Source: Nitrososphaeraceae archaeon (GTDB lineage: Archaea > Thermoproteota > Nitrososphaeria > Nitrososphaerales > Nitrososphaeraceae). From it: a DNA stretch of 64,000 nt. The notes under the pieces are model-generated. The model did no database searches, had not been told where the DNA came from, and saw nothing but the letters and a program-made list of their open reading frames with translations. A program made the translations under genes and the position numbers. Of this stretch, positions 44,784-55,947 are shown in pieces; positions within the stretch are counted from its first letter, which is position 1; each line of letters begins with the position of its first letter. Where the stretch lies: assembly GCA_031316115.1 (NCBI GenBank), contig JALDRC010000011.1, positions 4,978-68,977 on the forward strand, in the 5' to 3' direction.

Positions 44784-44827
44784 TTTTTTCTATATCTTTA
44801 TAACTCATATAGAAATAAATAAGACGG

Positions 44828-45856
44828 ATGGAACAAATAATCAATTTTTTTGATTTCTTTAGAAAAAACATAATTGATAATACTATTAATTTTCCATTTT
44901 TACTAAGAACTATTCTTGTTGTATTGTTCCTTTCGATTTTCTCGTTATTTTTAGTTTTTCCATCTTCTTCTTATGGTCAACAAACCCCTGGCGAAAATTA
45001 TAAGTTTGCCTACAAATGGGGAGAAGAGGGTGAAAATAATGGCAATTTTAAAGTGCCTCATAGTCTTGCAATAGATAAATTGGGTTTTGTCTATGTTACA
45101 GATACTGGAAATAACAGAGTACAAAAGTTTGATTCAAACGGTTCATTTATCACTACTTGGGGTAGTAAAGGTTCTGGAGACGGTCAATTTCTTTCATTAC
45201 ATGATATAGCTATAGATAATAAAAATAATTTTGTGTATACAGTGGAATTAGATAATCATCGCGTTCAAAAGTTCGATTCAAACGGTAAATTTATTTCCAA
45301 ATTTGGGTACGAGGATACTGGAGGAGAAGCTGAAACAAGATCACCACATCAACTCTATATCGATAATGTTGGAAATGTATATCTTTCAGATAGAGGTAAC
45401 TCAGAGATACTTAAATTTGATTCAAACGGTAAATTTTTACAGAAATGGGGAAAACGTGGTGACCAACCAGGAGAATTTAACAAACCTCATGGAATTGTAA
45501 TAGATTCTCATGGTCTCATTTATGTGACTGATATGGGAAATTCACGTGTTCAAAAATTCGATTCTAATGGTAAATTTATAACAATGTGGGGATCAAAAGG
45601 GAGCGGAGAAGAAAAGTTTTCATATAGTATACCAGGATTAGGCGTTGACGCTTTAGATCATATCTATGTACTCGATAGACTTGATTCTGTCATACAAAAA
45701 TTCGATTCTAATGGTAAATTTATAACAATGTGGGGATCAAAAGGAAAGGATGACGGTCAATTCAATAAACCTGAGGATATTGCAATAAATCATAAAACTG
45801 GAAAAATCTATGTGACCGACACAAAGAATTCAAGAATACAAGTATTTGAACCTTAG
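44828..45856 (+). CDS. NHL-repeat 6-bladed beta-propeller protein
   Basis: Six NHL repeats after a TM/signal segment. Confidence 0.92.
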   Translation: MEQIINFFDFFRKNIIDNTINFPFLLRTILVVLFLSIFSLFLVFPSSSYGQQTPGENYKFAYKWGEEGENNGNFKVPHSLAIDKLGFVYVTDTGNNRVQKFDSNGSFITTWGSKGSGDGQFLSLHDIAIDNKNNFVYTVELDNHRVQKFDSNGKFISKFGYEDTGGEAETRSPHQLYIDNVGNVYLSDRGNSEILKFDSNGKFLQKWGKRGDQPGEFNKPHGIVIDSHGLIYVTDMGNSRVQKFDSNGKFITMWGSKGSGEEKFSYSIPGLGVDALDHIYVLDRLDSVIQKFDSNGKFITMWGSKGKDDGQFNKPEDIAINHKTGKIYVTDTKNSRIQVFEP

Positions 45857-46204
45857 TTGAAGATATATAATATTTGAGAATAGATTTTTATCTCTATCTA
45901 TGTCCAATATTAATTGGTAAAAATAAAGGTTGTAATATTAGCGATGAATTAATCTAATACAATTATATAAATAAATTTTCACTTAAATGCGTATAATTTA
46001 AGAATTAATAATATTCTTGTATCACTTTGTTTTTTAATCTTTAATACTCACAATAGTGTATGAATATATATATTTATATACCATCTATTTTGTTTAGAAG
46101 TTTAAATTCTCAATATTTCAACACTAAGGTAATCTATCATATGCTTTTTTTGTCTCGGATGTCTTTTAAAACTATTATAATTATATAAGGGAAGGTAATG
46201 AAAA

Positions 46205-47761
46205 ATGTTTGGACAGATATCATTGCATAATATATATTCAAATTTATCTAAAATGACAAAAATCAACTTGGTTTATTTTTTCATAATAGGCATTATTGCC
46301 TTTTTTTTAGTAGATAGTATTACAGTTTTCGGACAATCAGACGATGAAAAAAAAGTAAAGAATGTACAGCCTGTTCCAAAAATTTATGATGAAAACCTCA
46401 AGATCGAATTAGTTGCTAACAAATTTAAATTCCCTACAACACTTGAATTTATAGGCCCAAATGATTTTTTGATTTTAGAAAAAAATACAGGTGAGGTTAA
46501 AAGAGTCATAAATGACAAGATTATTGAAAAACCACTCTTAAAACTAAATGTTAGCACAAATGATGAACGTGGACTTCTTGGAATAGCCATAATTAAAAAA
46601 GAAGATGCCAAATTTAACACAACCTCAACCAACGATGATCGAATTACACATTATGTGTTCTTGTATGCTGTACAATGTAATGAAAAAAAGCAAGATTGTA
46701 AAAATAGAATTTACAGATATGAACTTGATAATGATAATAATGTTCTTGTTAATCCTAAACTATTGTTAGGAATTCCTTCATTTCCAGAGACATCTCATAT
46801 TGGAGGAATTATTAAAGTAGGACCAGATGGTAATCTATATTTAACAATTGGAAATTTTCAAAGAACTAATCCAATTGAAGTCTATAAAAGCAAAACTCAA
46901 AATTTTGAAGATGGACATGATTTTGACGGAAGAGGAGGGATACTTACTATAACTCAAGATGGATTAGTTACAGGGAATAGTGTTATCGGTGACAAATTTC
47001 CGTTTAGTCTGTATTATGCATATGGTGTCAGAAATAGTTTTGGAATAAATTTTGATCCAGTCACCGGAAAATTATGGGATACTGAAAATGGTCCTTACTT
47101 TGGTGACGAAATAAATATCATAGAACCAGGCTTTAACAGTGGTGCGGATAAAATTTTTGGAATCTGGAAAAATGATGGTGAGGGAAAGAGAGTGATCCAA
47201 TTAGCGAATGGATCGGAGAAATTCGAAACTGTAACAGAAGAGAAGCCAAGTGATTTATTATATTATGGTAGTGCATACTATGGAAAACCCAAATTTATTT
47301 GGGACAAAACTGTTGCACCAACTGCTATAATTTTTCCAAATTCAAACAAGCTAGGAGATCAATACGAAAACAACATATTTGTAGGATCTGTAGACGGAGG
47401 ACGGCTATTTAATTTTGAATTAAATAAAGAGAGAAATGGATTGGTATTAGATGGACCTTTGGCTGATGGGATAGCGAATAATATGACCGAATATAAAGAT
47501 ATTACGTTAGCTGATGGTTTCAGTTATATTACAGATCTTAAGATAGAACCAGATACTGGATATTTGTACGTTGTTTCAGGTACAAAAGGAGCAGCAACAG
47601 GTAATTTTGGAGAAGTCTATAAGATACTTCCAGCGGGACCTTTAGATGTAAGACCTTCAGATAGTCCTGGAATAGCTGCCATGAAAAGGTTAATGAAAAT
47701 GACACCGGATCAAGTAGAGACCCCACAGATGCATGTTAAGGATTTACTGACGAAAAAATAA
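46205..47761 (+). CDS. Secreted PQQ-dependent GSDH family protein
   Basis: ERGLLGIA, HIGG..KVGPDG, YAYGVRNSFG, ENGP..GDEIN. Confidence 0.92.
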   Translation: MFGQISLHNIYSNLSKMTKINLVYFFIIGIIAFFLVDSITVFGQSDDEKKVKNVQPVPKIYDENLKIELVANKFKFPTTLEFIGPNDFLILEKNTGEVKRVINDKIIEKPLLKLNVSTNDERGLLGIAIIKKEDAKFNTTSTNDDRITHYVFLYAVQCNEKKQDCKNRIYRYELDNDNNVLVNPKLLLGIPSFPETSHIGGIIKVGPDGNLYLTIGNFQRTNPIEVYKSKTQNFEDGHDFDGRGGILTITQDGLVTGNSVIGDKFPFSLYYAYGVRNSFGINFDPVTGKLWDTENGPYFGDEINIIEPGFNSGADKIFGIWKNDGEGKRVIQLANGSEKFETVTEEKPSDLLYYGSAYYGKPKFIWDKTVAPTAIIFPNSNKLGDQYENNIFVGSVDGGRLFNFELNKERNGLVLDGPLADGIANNMTEYKDITLADGFSYITDLKIEPDTGYLYVVSGTKGAATGNFGEVYKILPAGPLDVRPSDSPGIAAMKRLMKMTPDQVETPQMHVKDLLTKK

Positions 47762-48257
47762 ATTCAGGGAATTGAATAATTTTAAATCTATCAAAGAATA
47801 GTAAGAATATGAATATAATTAGATTATTTATAGATCTCACTATAATTTAAGAACTAAAACATAATTGTAGACCACTATTCCCTGCAGTTAATAGAGGAAA
47901 GATCCTAAATTATTTCATTAAATCTATAACTTGAATATTCCACTCTAATTCTGTTAAGATATTTCTATATTATAAGATTATATAAGTTCTAAATTAAAGA
48001 GTACATTTGAAAATATAAAGGAGGTCTTGTGTTAATTACATGAATACTTTCTGGTAGTACACAGGATCAAATTGTTCCAAATTATAAAGTTGATGGTATT
48101 TTGTAATATAATACTATAAAAAATATAGATAACAATTTCTGCAACAAAAATAGGAATATTGTTAGGTACTTATTTTCCTTTTTAATTTAAAAGAGGTTTA
48201 TAAACTAAAAAGAAAAATTTAAAATAACACTCTAACTTTACAATTTTAGTATATTGT

Positions 48258-49523
48258 ATGAATGTATTGAATATAAAAAATATTATGATTTTCATTCCTT
48301 TTGTTCTTTTTATCTTTTTGGGTTTGAATTCTCTAATCCCTAGTTATTCATCGGTTGAACAAATTACAGACGCAAAAGTTCAACTTTATGAATCAAAATT
48401 AAAAATTAAATCAATCGAAGAAAATCTAGATTTCCCAACTCATATAGCATTTTTTGATAGTGATGATATTTTAGTTTATGAAAAATCTGGATTGGTAAAA
48501 CGTGTAACAGATGGAAAAACAATAAAAGATCCGCTCTTTAATTTTAAGACAGTCACTAACGAACCGATAATAATGAAAGGAATAATAGCAAAGGAAAAGG
48601 AGATTCAGAAAGATAAGATTACTCATGATGTTTTTTTTAATTATGTACAATGTAACAAAAGTAATGAATGTACATACGAAATTATTAGTTTAGAATTAGA
48701 TGATAAAAATAAGGAGTTAATACATCTAACACATCTGGTCTCATTACCGTTATCATCTGAATTTCATCAAAATCAAGGCATTATTAGAGTAGGTATAGAT
48801 AATAATATTTACCTTAAATTAGCGGAACTTGAGGCCAAATCAAAAAACAAACACGATCTTGAAGGTAAAAATAATTGGTTAGAATGCATAATAAAATCTA
48901 GACAAAATACAAATTATGATCAAAATTCTTATGGAGCAAGTAAACTAATTCAGCAGGATAATGGTCACGGATTGAGATATGCTTTTGGAACGGATTATGA
49001 TCCCTATAGTGGACAATTATGGTATTTAGACAATGATAAAATCAAAGGAGATAAAATTAGTATTTTAAAAAGGTCGCTGAAAAGCAACTTCAAGGATATC
49101 GATAGATATGAAGTTTCAAATGGTAATAATTATTTCTGTATAGAAAAAATTTATAAACAAAATGCTGAACTACGAGCTAATGATGCTACCTCATATAAAT
49201 CACTAGTATTTTTGGATTCAAAGGCACTTGGAAATAAATATATGAATAATCTTTTTGTTATAGCAAATGCAACCAAAATATTGGAATTTGACTTACCTAA
49301 AAACCGAAATGGGTTAAGTCTAGCTAGTTCTGGTGATAACGCGGATATAAATTTAAATCACAAGGAAAGCATATTTGCAGATGGATTTTCTAAATTAACG
49401 GATCTTCAAGTAAACCCATATGATGGCACACTCTATGCAATTGATTCAGGAACAGTAGGATTCAACGGATACATTTACAAAATAGACAGGTCAATAGATT
49501 CTGATTCATGGTTTATGCCATAA
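48258..49523 (+). CDS. Divergent GSDH-like beta-propeller lacking conserved motifs
   Basis: LDFPTHIAF and DLQVNPYDGTLY retained; GLRYAFG and DNDKIKGDKIS replace GxRNSFG and ENGPxxGDEIN. Confidence 0.75.
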   Translation: MNVLNIKNIMIFIPFVLFIFLGLNSLIPSYSSVEQITDAKVQLYESKLKIKSIEENLDFPTHIAFFDSDDILVYEKSGLVKRVTDGKTIKDPLFNFKTVTNEPIIMKGIIAKEKEIQKDKITHDVFFNYVQCNKSNECTYEIISLELDDKNKELIHLTHLVSLPLSSEFHQNQGIIRVGIDNNIYLKLAELEAKSKNKHDLEGKNNWLECIIKSRQNTNYDQNSYGASKLIQQDNGHGLRYAFGTDYDPYSGQLWYLDNDKIKGDKISILKRSLKSNFKDIDRYEVSNGNNYFCIEKIYKQNAELRANDATSYKSLVFLDSKALGNKYMNNLFVIANATKILEFDLPKNRNGLSLASSGDNADINLNHKESIFADGFSKLTDLQVNPYDGTLYAIDSGTVGFNGYIYKIDRSIDSDSWFMP

Positions 49524-49551
49524 TTAGAATAAGGTTATACTATCAAATTAA

Positions 49552-50272
49552 GACTGTGTTAATTTAAGATAATATTCACCTCCTTTAATAAAAAATCATG
49601 ATTATTATTTACTATCATATCATTGTACATAGAAACAAAGAATTGTATCCAGTTATACACATGAAATAGATTACAGTATTCTTTGATACAAGGATAATAA
49701 TCATCAAAACTTTCTATTCTGTCTTTCAAAAACTGGTTTACTCTTTCCATCAAATTTTTCTCTATTGAAGAATGCAAATAGTGTTTTAATCCAATTACGT
49801 CACAGGCTTGATCATACCAGGTACCACCATCTGTATAGACGGTATGTTTTCAATATTTTGATACAAGCGATCGAATGAATTTCTCAGCAACAATCATATT
49901 TCTTTCTTCAGAGAGATAGATTCCAAGCACAGAACTGTGAACTGGTTCAATACAAATCCATAACCAATAATGCTTGTTACCAATCTGAATGATTGTTTCA
50001 TCTAGAATAAAAGCCGTTACTCTTTTTCTTTTGTAAACCTGACAGGATCCAAACCTCTGAATCCAGTTCCAAACAGCAACATAACTCCTTTTATCATCTC
50101 TAAATATCACTAATGCTTTAGATGTACTACGTAAACTTAAACCAAGAAAGTATAGATAAAGAGAATACATAACAATATAATTATGTGTTCTATTTCTTTC
50201 AAATCTTATTTTATTCATAATATATTTAGAATGTTCTTATCTATAGCTTTTACTGCTTAAGTTAACACAGCC
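49552..50272 (-). mobile_element. IS6-family element (~721 bp) with terminal inverted repeats and 8-bp target-site duplication
   Basis: IRs GACTGTGTTAATTTAAG (49552) and CTTAAGTTAACACAGCC (50256-50272), 15/17 match; CAAATTAA at 49544-51 and 50273-80. Confidence 0.92.
49559..50218 (-). pseudogene. IS6 transposase with a single nonsense codon
   Basis: ILDET...SKY*KHTVYTDGGTWY...MERVNQFLKDRIESFDDYYPC; TGA at 49850 is in frame with the downstream ORF. Confidence 0.9.
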
Positions 50273-50407
50273 CAAATTAATGATAAATTTTATTAGATTA
50301 TAGATATATTAGACAGAACTTAAATTAATACATTTTACTGAATAGTTGAGTATATGCAAATCGAAAAATTTTTATTATTAAAAAAATTAATTTAAGAATT
50401 CAGAGAC

Positions 50408-51388
50408 TTGGATAAGAATTCGGTTAACCATTTTTTCTACGTCGAAAATTGGATTTCCGATGCACATAAAATGAGTTTAATTTATATTCTTTTTTTCGTT
50501 ATGTTCAGTTTTGCAATAATTGAATTGAATTTTGAAATTTCTTATTCTCTGCCGGAGGTTTCTGATGTTAATATCGCCTTCGTGGGTGATTGGGGTTGCA
50601 CAGGTGATACTAAAAAAACTGTAAAGGCTATTGAAAAACAAGAACCAGACTTGATTTTTAGTTTGGGTGATACATCTTATGAATTGGATCTAGAATGCTG
50701 GTTGGATATAGTAAAACCTATTTTCAATAAAATGAAAGCAGTGATAGGTAATCATGATGTTTATGTTCCAAATATTTTAAATCAATATATGGATAGATTT
50801 AACTTAACTAATCAATATTATTCATTTGATTATAACAATATTCATTTTCTTGTTATGTCTTCTGAATTTTTGTATATGCCTGATTCGGCTCAATATAAGT
50901 TTATAGAAGACGATTTGAAGGAAAATTCAAAGAATTCTAACACAACCTGGACAATTGTCCTAAGTCATAGGCAACAATATTCCTCACAATGTGGCAATCA
51001 TGAGTCATGTGATCCAGTTAAGAGGTTACGAAATACTTATCACCCACTCTTTCAAAAATATGATGTAGATTTAATTATCAGCGGACATGCTCATAATTAT
51101 CAAAGATCTTACCCTTTGATTTATAACGATACAAATTCTTCTAGACCTATAGTAGGAGATACAGCAAAAACACTATATAATTCGCCAAAAGGGTTGATAC
51201 AAATAGTTGCAGGAATCGGCGGAGTCGATCATGACAACTTTTCAAACCAAGAACCATTTATAGTCTATCAAGATGATGTAGGTTATGGGTTTTTCAATAT
51301 TGATATTTCTAAAGATGCCAACGTCTTAAGAGGTACATACTTTGAATATAATGGAGAAAAATTAGATGAATTTACGATTAAAAAATGA
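50408..51388 (+). CDS. Secreted metallophosphoesterase (true start possibly ATG 50471)
   Basis: GDWG, GDTSY, GNHD, SHR, GHAH motifs. Confidence 0.9.
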   Translation: MDKNSVNHFFYVENWISDAHKMSLIYILFFVMFSFAIIELNFEISYSLPEVSDVNIAFVGDWGCTGDTKKTVKAIEKQEPDLIFSLGDTSYELDLECWLDIVKPIFNKMKAVIGNHDVYVPNILNQYMDRFNLTNQYYSFDYNNIHFLVMSSEFLYMPDSAQYKFIEDDLKENSKNSNTTWTIVLSHRQQYSSQCGNHESCDPVKRLRNTYHPLFQKYDVDLIISGHAHNYQRSYPLIYNDTNSSRPIVGDTAKTLYNSPKGLIQIVAGIGGVDHDNFSNQEPFIVYQDDVGYGFFNIDISKDANVLRGTYFEYNGEKLDEFTIKK

Positions 51389-51467
51389 TTTAAACATGAT
51401 TAAAATACAATTTCTTTTTGCTAAATAAAAAAATTCTACTAAAAACATCTATAAGGTTAAAGTATTT

Positions 51468-51605
51468 TTAATATTTTTTATACTGGATAGCATGTTTTTC
51501 AGAATGACAGTGTTCTGAACAATAGTAATCATCACACATGTAACAGAATAACGGATAGTCTTGAGTCTTCCTACCACAATTAGCACAACTTACTGACATA
51601 TCCAT
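51468..51605 (-). CDS. 45-aa AN1-like zinc-finger micro-protein
   Basis: MDMSVSCANCGRKTQDYPLFCYMCDDYYCSEHCHSEKHAIQYKKY*; TTTACATA box ~30 nt upstream. Confidence 0.7.
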   Translation of the reverse strand: MDMSVSCANCGRKTQDYPLFCYMCDDYYCSEHCHSEKHAIQYKKY

Positions 51606-51873
51606 ATATAATAATACAACATAATAGTATGTAAATTTGACTATTTAATTAACAAAATTCAAACTGTTAAAATGTGTTATTTCAGCAAATAGTAATAATT
51701 TTTACCTTTGCAAATTAAATGTGTTTAAAATTATTTAGTTCATAAAGTTATAGATAAAACATGTTTATTATCAAATTGATTGTTTTTTCTCATATCTTCA
51801 AACTATAACAATACAAATGAAATATACTGAAGTGTTTGATATAAAAAATAATCGAAGTTTGTCTTGTATTATT

Positions 51874-52389
51874 TTATCTTATTTTCGACCTTTTTATTTT
51901 CTCTTGTAATAACATACATCCTTGGATCAATGTTTCTGGTCTTGGCGGACATCCAGGTACATACACATCTACAGGTACTACTCCATCGATTCCAGGTAAA
52001 ACATTATAGGAATCGATATACAAGCCTCCAGTTATAGAACATGCACCCATAGCAATTACATATTTAGGGTCACCCATCTGGTCATAAACCATTCTTAGTC
52101 TTGGAGCCATCTTTCTTGTCACTGTTCCTTGAACAACGATAAGATCACATTGTCGTAATGAACCAAAAGCTTCTATAATTCCAAATCGCTCACAATCATA
52201 TCTTGGACTAGAGGTTGCACCAAATTCAACACTACAGCATGCTGTCTCAAGATGAACAGGCCAAAGAGACCATACTCTTCCCCAATTTATTGCATAACCT
52301 AATGGTTGATCAAGAGCACGAACTAAAACATCGCTAACCTTACTGACTAGCATATTAAAATTTGAAGGATTTACTAGTTCTTTTAACAT
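51874..52389 (-). CDS. nuoB: NADH-quinone oxidoreductase subunit B
   Basis: TACCSVE, AMGACSITGG, PGCPPRPE. Confidence 0.95.
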   Translation of the reverse strand: MLKELVNPSNFNMLVSKVSDVLVRALDQPLGYAINWGRVWSLWPVHLETACCSVEFGATSSPRYDCERFGIIEAFGSLRQCDLIVVQGTVTRKMAPRLRMVYDQMGDPKYVIAMGACSITGGLYIDSYNVLPGIDGVVPVDVYVPGCPPRPETLIQGCMLLQEKIKRSKIR

Positions 52390-52640
52390 TTAAAATCGAC
52401 CACCTATACTATATATTACTTCTATAGATAATTTATTTATTTGCAAAAAACATAGCCAAGAACTTGATACTAAAGCATATTAACACGCGTTATATGCCCA
52501 AGATATGAAAATAATAATTCTATATTATTAAGAATTTAAGAATAAATTAATAAAAATTATAGAGCTATTCAATAAATTTTCATTTTGACAATTTTTAATT
52601 TAATAAATATTATATATGTTAATCATTATATTTTATAGTT

Positions 52641-53522
52641 ATGGATTTAAATTATGATTATCCTCTGTATCGTCCTCCTTCTGAGGCTAACTCTATGATA
52701 TTTCAGGTAACACTTGGATGTTCATTTAACAAGTGTTCGTTCTGTAATATGTACAGGACAAAATCTTATTCAGAAAGACCATGGGATGAAATTCAAATGG
52801 AAATAGATCTTGCATCAAAGTTTTATCCAGAAACAAAACGAGTTTTTTTGGCAGATGGAGATGCATTAAACCTTTCTGTAGATAGATTAATACAAATTAT
52901 CGAGTATATATACAAGAAGTTTCCTTCTCTAGAAAGAGTCTCTTCCTATGCTATGCCCAAAAATTTATTACAAAAAACTGATACTGATCTGAAAAAATTA
53001 AAAAATGCTGGTTTAGATATGCTTTATGTAGGTATCGAAAGTGGGAATGATATTGTATTAAAGAAGGTCACAAAAGGTGCTACATTCAAAACTATCGTTG
53101 AAAGCTGCAATAAGGCCATAAATAATGGTTTTATCTTATCATGTATGGTCATTTTAGGTTTAGGAGGTACTACCTATTCAAAAAAACATATTCTAGATAC
53201 TGCTAAAGTTTTAGGAGAAATATCGCCTAATTATGTTGGTGCACTAAATTTGCAACTAGAAGACGGTGTCTATGAAGAATTCATGACTAAATATGAAGAA
53301 CCATTTACATTTTTAAATGATTCTCAAATTTTAGATGAATTAGAACTTCTTGTTTCAAATATTCATCCTAAAAGGAATATTATTTTTAGAGCAAATCATG
53401 CCTCTAATGTTTATTCCGTCAAAGGAACACTTCCTCAGGACAAAGAAAAAATTGTTTCTCTGATCAAAAATCTTAGGGGACATCCTGAAATGCTAAAACC
53501 AAAAATATTAAGAAGATTCTAA
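52641..53522 (+). CDS. Radical SAM protein
   Basis: QVTLGCSFNKCSFCNMY CxxxCxxC motif. Confidence 0.92.
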   Translation: MDLNYDYPLYRPPSEANSMIFQVTLGCSFNKCSFCNMYRTKSYSERPWDEIQMEIDLASKFYPETKRVFLADGDALNLSVDRLIQIIEYIYKKFPSLERVSSYAMPKNLLQKTDTDLKKLKNAGLDMLYVGIESGNDIVLKKVTKGATFKTIVESCNKAINNGFILSCMVILGLGGTTYSKKHILDTAKVLGEISPNYVGALNLQLEDGVYEEFMTKYEEPFTFLNDSQILDELELLVSNIHPKRNIIFRANHASNVYSVKGTLPQDKEKIVSLIKNLRGHPEMLKPKILRRF

Positions 53523-53957
53523 ATTACTCTTGTCGTATCACCAATCTCAGGATTTAACATTCTGAACAATTTTTTTAGATAAAAAATAATTATACAATAC
53601 ATCAAAACACGCAAGGTTTCAAATATTTTCTATTATGTTTGAAAAATAAATAAATACATTGTTCTACCGGAGATAATGAGTTTACCTCTGCGATCCAATC
53701 CCCAGTGATATATTAATCCTTTCATAATATTGTAGATTATCTGACAAATTTAAAATAAAGACAATGATTAGATCAAATTGATTGTGATATTTAAATCAAT
53801 AATGGGAACGTATCTCTTTAGTTAGACTTGTATTTGAAAAGTTCACATTGATTTATACACAATATTATAGAACAAAAAAAAACTTTGTTTTAAAAATTGT
53901 TATTTAATAAATTAGTTCTATAACAAAATTATAGATTACTAAAAGTCTTTTAATTTT

Positions 53958-55238
53958 TCAAGTATTGCTTGCCCTATATCTTAGCATTGCTCCTATCTTT
54001 CCAAGACTAGCAAGTTGAATACCTTCTTCAGTTTTTCCTGAAAGCACTTCTAATCTGCATCCTGTCATCATTGTTAATTCTTCTAAAAATTCTATAATAT
54101 CTTGTTCAATAGCTTCAAGATCGTTTATTCCTCCACATGAAGGACAGGGATTAGCTAAAAGATCTTGTTTAACAGAAACTAAATCTCCTCTATCAATAAA
54201 TCTCTCTTGCGAATGAGAACATTTATTACATTTTATCTCCAACCGTAAAAATGTAATATCATCTGTTACTATAACAAGATCGGCAATGCCATTCTTGAGG
54301 GAATTAATTACGTCAAATATACCATATATACCAAGCCCATTTCCGGAATAAACTTCGCTTATAAAGTTTTTTATGATTTTTTTTTCCTCCATCAACCTAT
54401 ATTCAGTCATAATTCCTTGTTCGTTGATTTTATCTATGAGCTCTCTCACACCTTCACTCCCAGAATAGGACGAATCTAACACTGCAATTACATTATTTTG
54501 CAATCTGTAATCAAGATATTCTTCCCTCAAAAAATAATCTTTAGTCGGGCCTGGTCCTCCTAAAATTATACCCTTCACATTATAATCATCGATAAAAATT
54601 TTTTGAGCATAGTCAGCTACTCTTCTATAATATTCATTGAGTTCGTTATCTCTAAGTCTTTCAAATCTTCTAGCTGATTGACCACCTTGTCTATGCTTTC
54701 CAGCAACACCCGAAGTCAAAGACTCTATTACTTCCCATCTATCTCCAGTTAATATCCCAAGACCTGCTTCTTGGGTATCTATAGCCAAAATCCCAATAAC
54801 CTTATCATCCTTCATCATGTCTTTTAGATGATCTATCCAAAAGTGATCATCACATCGATATAGGTTGATTTTAATAGGTTTTGGTGGATCTACTGGAAAA
54901 ATTTCAATTTTCTCTGTTCCCAATCCTTTTCCAGTAGGGATAGCTCCACAAAATATTACAAGTCCATTTTCTGGAGACTCCTTGTATAACTTTAGATATT
55001 CAATCGTTCTACTTAAAGCATCTTGCACATGGGTTCTTGTCAAGTCTGATTTGATATTAGATGCTGTGCCAGCTTCATTTTTTAGCTGTGACATAACATC
55101 ATAAATCGGCCTTTTAGGAGGAATGTAAACGGTAACAAGCTCTGTACCGTGACCGCTAATACTTCCTAACTTATTTATCATTTTATTTAATTTATACCGT
55201 TTAACTGAATTCCATTTAATTTGAGAAGAAGACGACAT
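53958..55238 (-). CDS. prf1: Peptide chain release factor aRF1
   Basis: ASNIKS, YRCD, GGQSARRFERLR. Confidence 0.97.
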   Translation of the reverse strand: MSSSSQIKWNSVKRYKLNKMINKLGSISGHGTELVTVYIPPKRPIYDVMSQLKNEAGTASNIKSDLTRTHVQDALSRTIEYLKLYKESPENGLVIFCGAIPTGKGLGTEKIEIFPVDPPKPIKINLYRCDDHFWIDHLKDMMKDDKVIGILAIDTQEAGLGILTGDRWEVIESLTSGVAGKHRQGGQSARRFERLRDNELNEYYRRVADYAQKIFIDDYNVKGIILGGPGPTKDYFLREEYLDYRLQNNVIAVLDSSYSGSEGVRELIDKINEQGIMTEYRLMEEKKIIKNFISEVYSGNGLGIYGIFDVINSLKNGIADLVIVTDDITFLRLEIKCNKCSHSQERFIDRGDLVSVKQDLLANPCPSCGGINDLEAIEQDIIEFLEELTMMTGCRLEVLSGKTEEGIQLASLGKIGAMLRYRASNT

Positions 55239-55374
55239 TTTAACAAGTAATAAAATTGATTTGTAAGACTATTTTATTGTTATTATGCATCAAATATTTC
55301 ACTTTGCAATTGGATATCTTGTTTAATGATCAACGGTTTTAACATCTTAAATATTAACCATAAGAATAATAGAT

Positions 55375-55929
55375 ATGCTTCCAAGCTTGGATTATATCAA
55401 ACAAACTAGAATCAAGCTGGGTATCACACAGAGAAAACTTGCAACTTTGTCTGGAATAAGTACATCTATGATAAATCAAATAGAAACTGGAAGGTGTAAA
55501 CCGAGTTACGATACGGCAAAGAAAATATTTGAAATTCTTAGTTCACTTGAAGGTCAATCTTCAAAGAAAGCAGGAGATCTTTGCTGTAGGAAAATAATAT
55601 TTGCTCAAAAGCGTGATTCTTTAAATAGTATTGTAGAAAAAATGAGATTAAATTTTGTGAGTCAAATACCAGTATTTGATGAACAGAAAATTGTAGGAAT
55701 TGTTTCAGAAGATAGTTTTGCTAAAAAAATGGTCGAAAATGGTGAAAATGATCTAAAGAATATGACAACCGAAATGATAATGGACCCCCCACCTCCACTT
55801 GTAGACTCTGCTACCCCAGCTAAAGCCCTTGTTCAATTGATCAGATTTGCAAAATGCATTCTTGTAACTGAAAAAGGAAATGTTGTTGGAATAATCACAA
55901 CGACAGATATTCTTAAAATGGTGGAATAG
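55375..55929 (+). CDS. XRE-HTH plus CBS-pair transcriptional regulator
   Basis: RIKLGITQRKLA...INQIETGRCKPSY; two CBS domains. Confidence 0.92.
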   Translation: MLPSLDYIKQTRIKLGITQRKLATLSGISTSMINQIETGRCKPSYDTAKKIFEILSSLEGQSSKKAGDLCCRKIIFAQKRDSLNSIVEKMRLNFVSQIPVFDEQKIVGIVSEDSFAKKMVENGENDLKNMTTEMIMDPPPPLVDSATPAKALVQLIRFAKCILVTEKGNVVGIITTTDILKMVE

Positions 55930-55947
55930 GTTATTGATATTTTATAA

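Noticed and set aside
53665-53745. GC-richer intergenic patch with box-like words
   Set aside because: Box spacing is inconsistent with a C/D RNA and no target was recognised.
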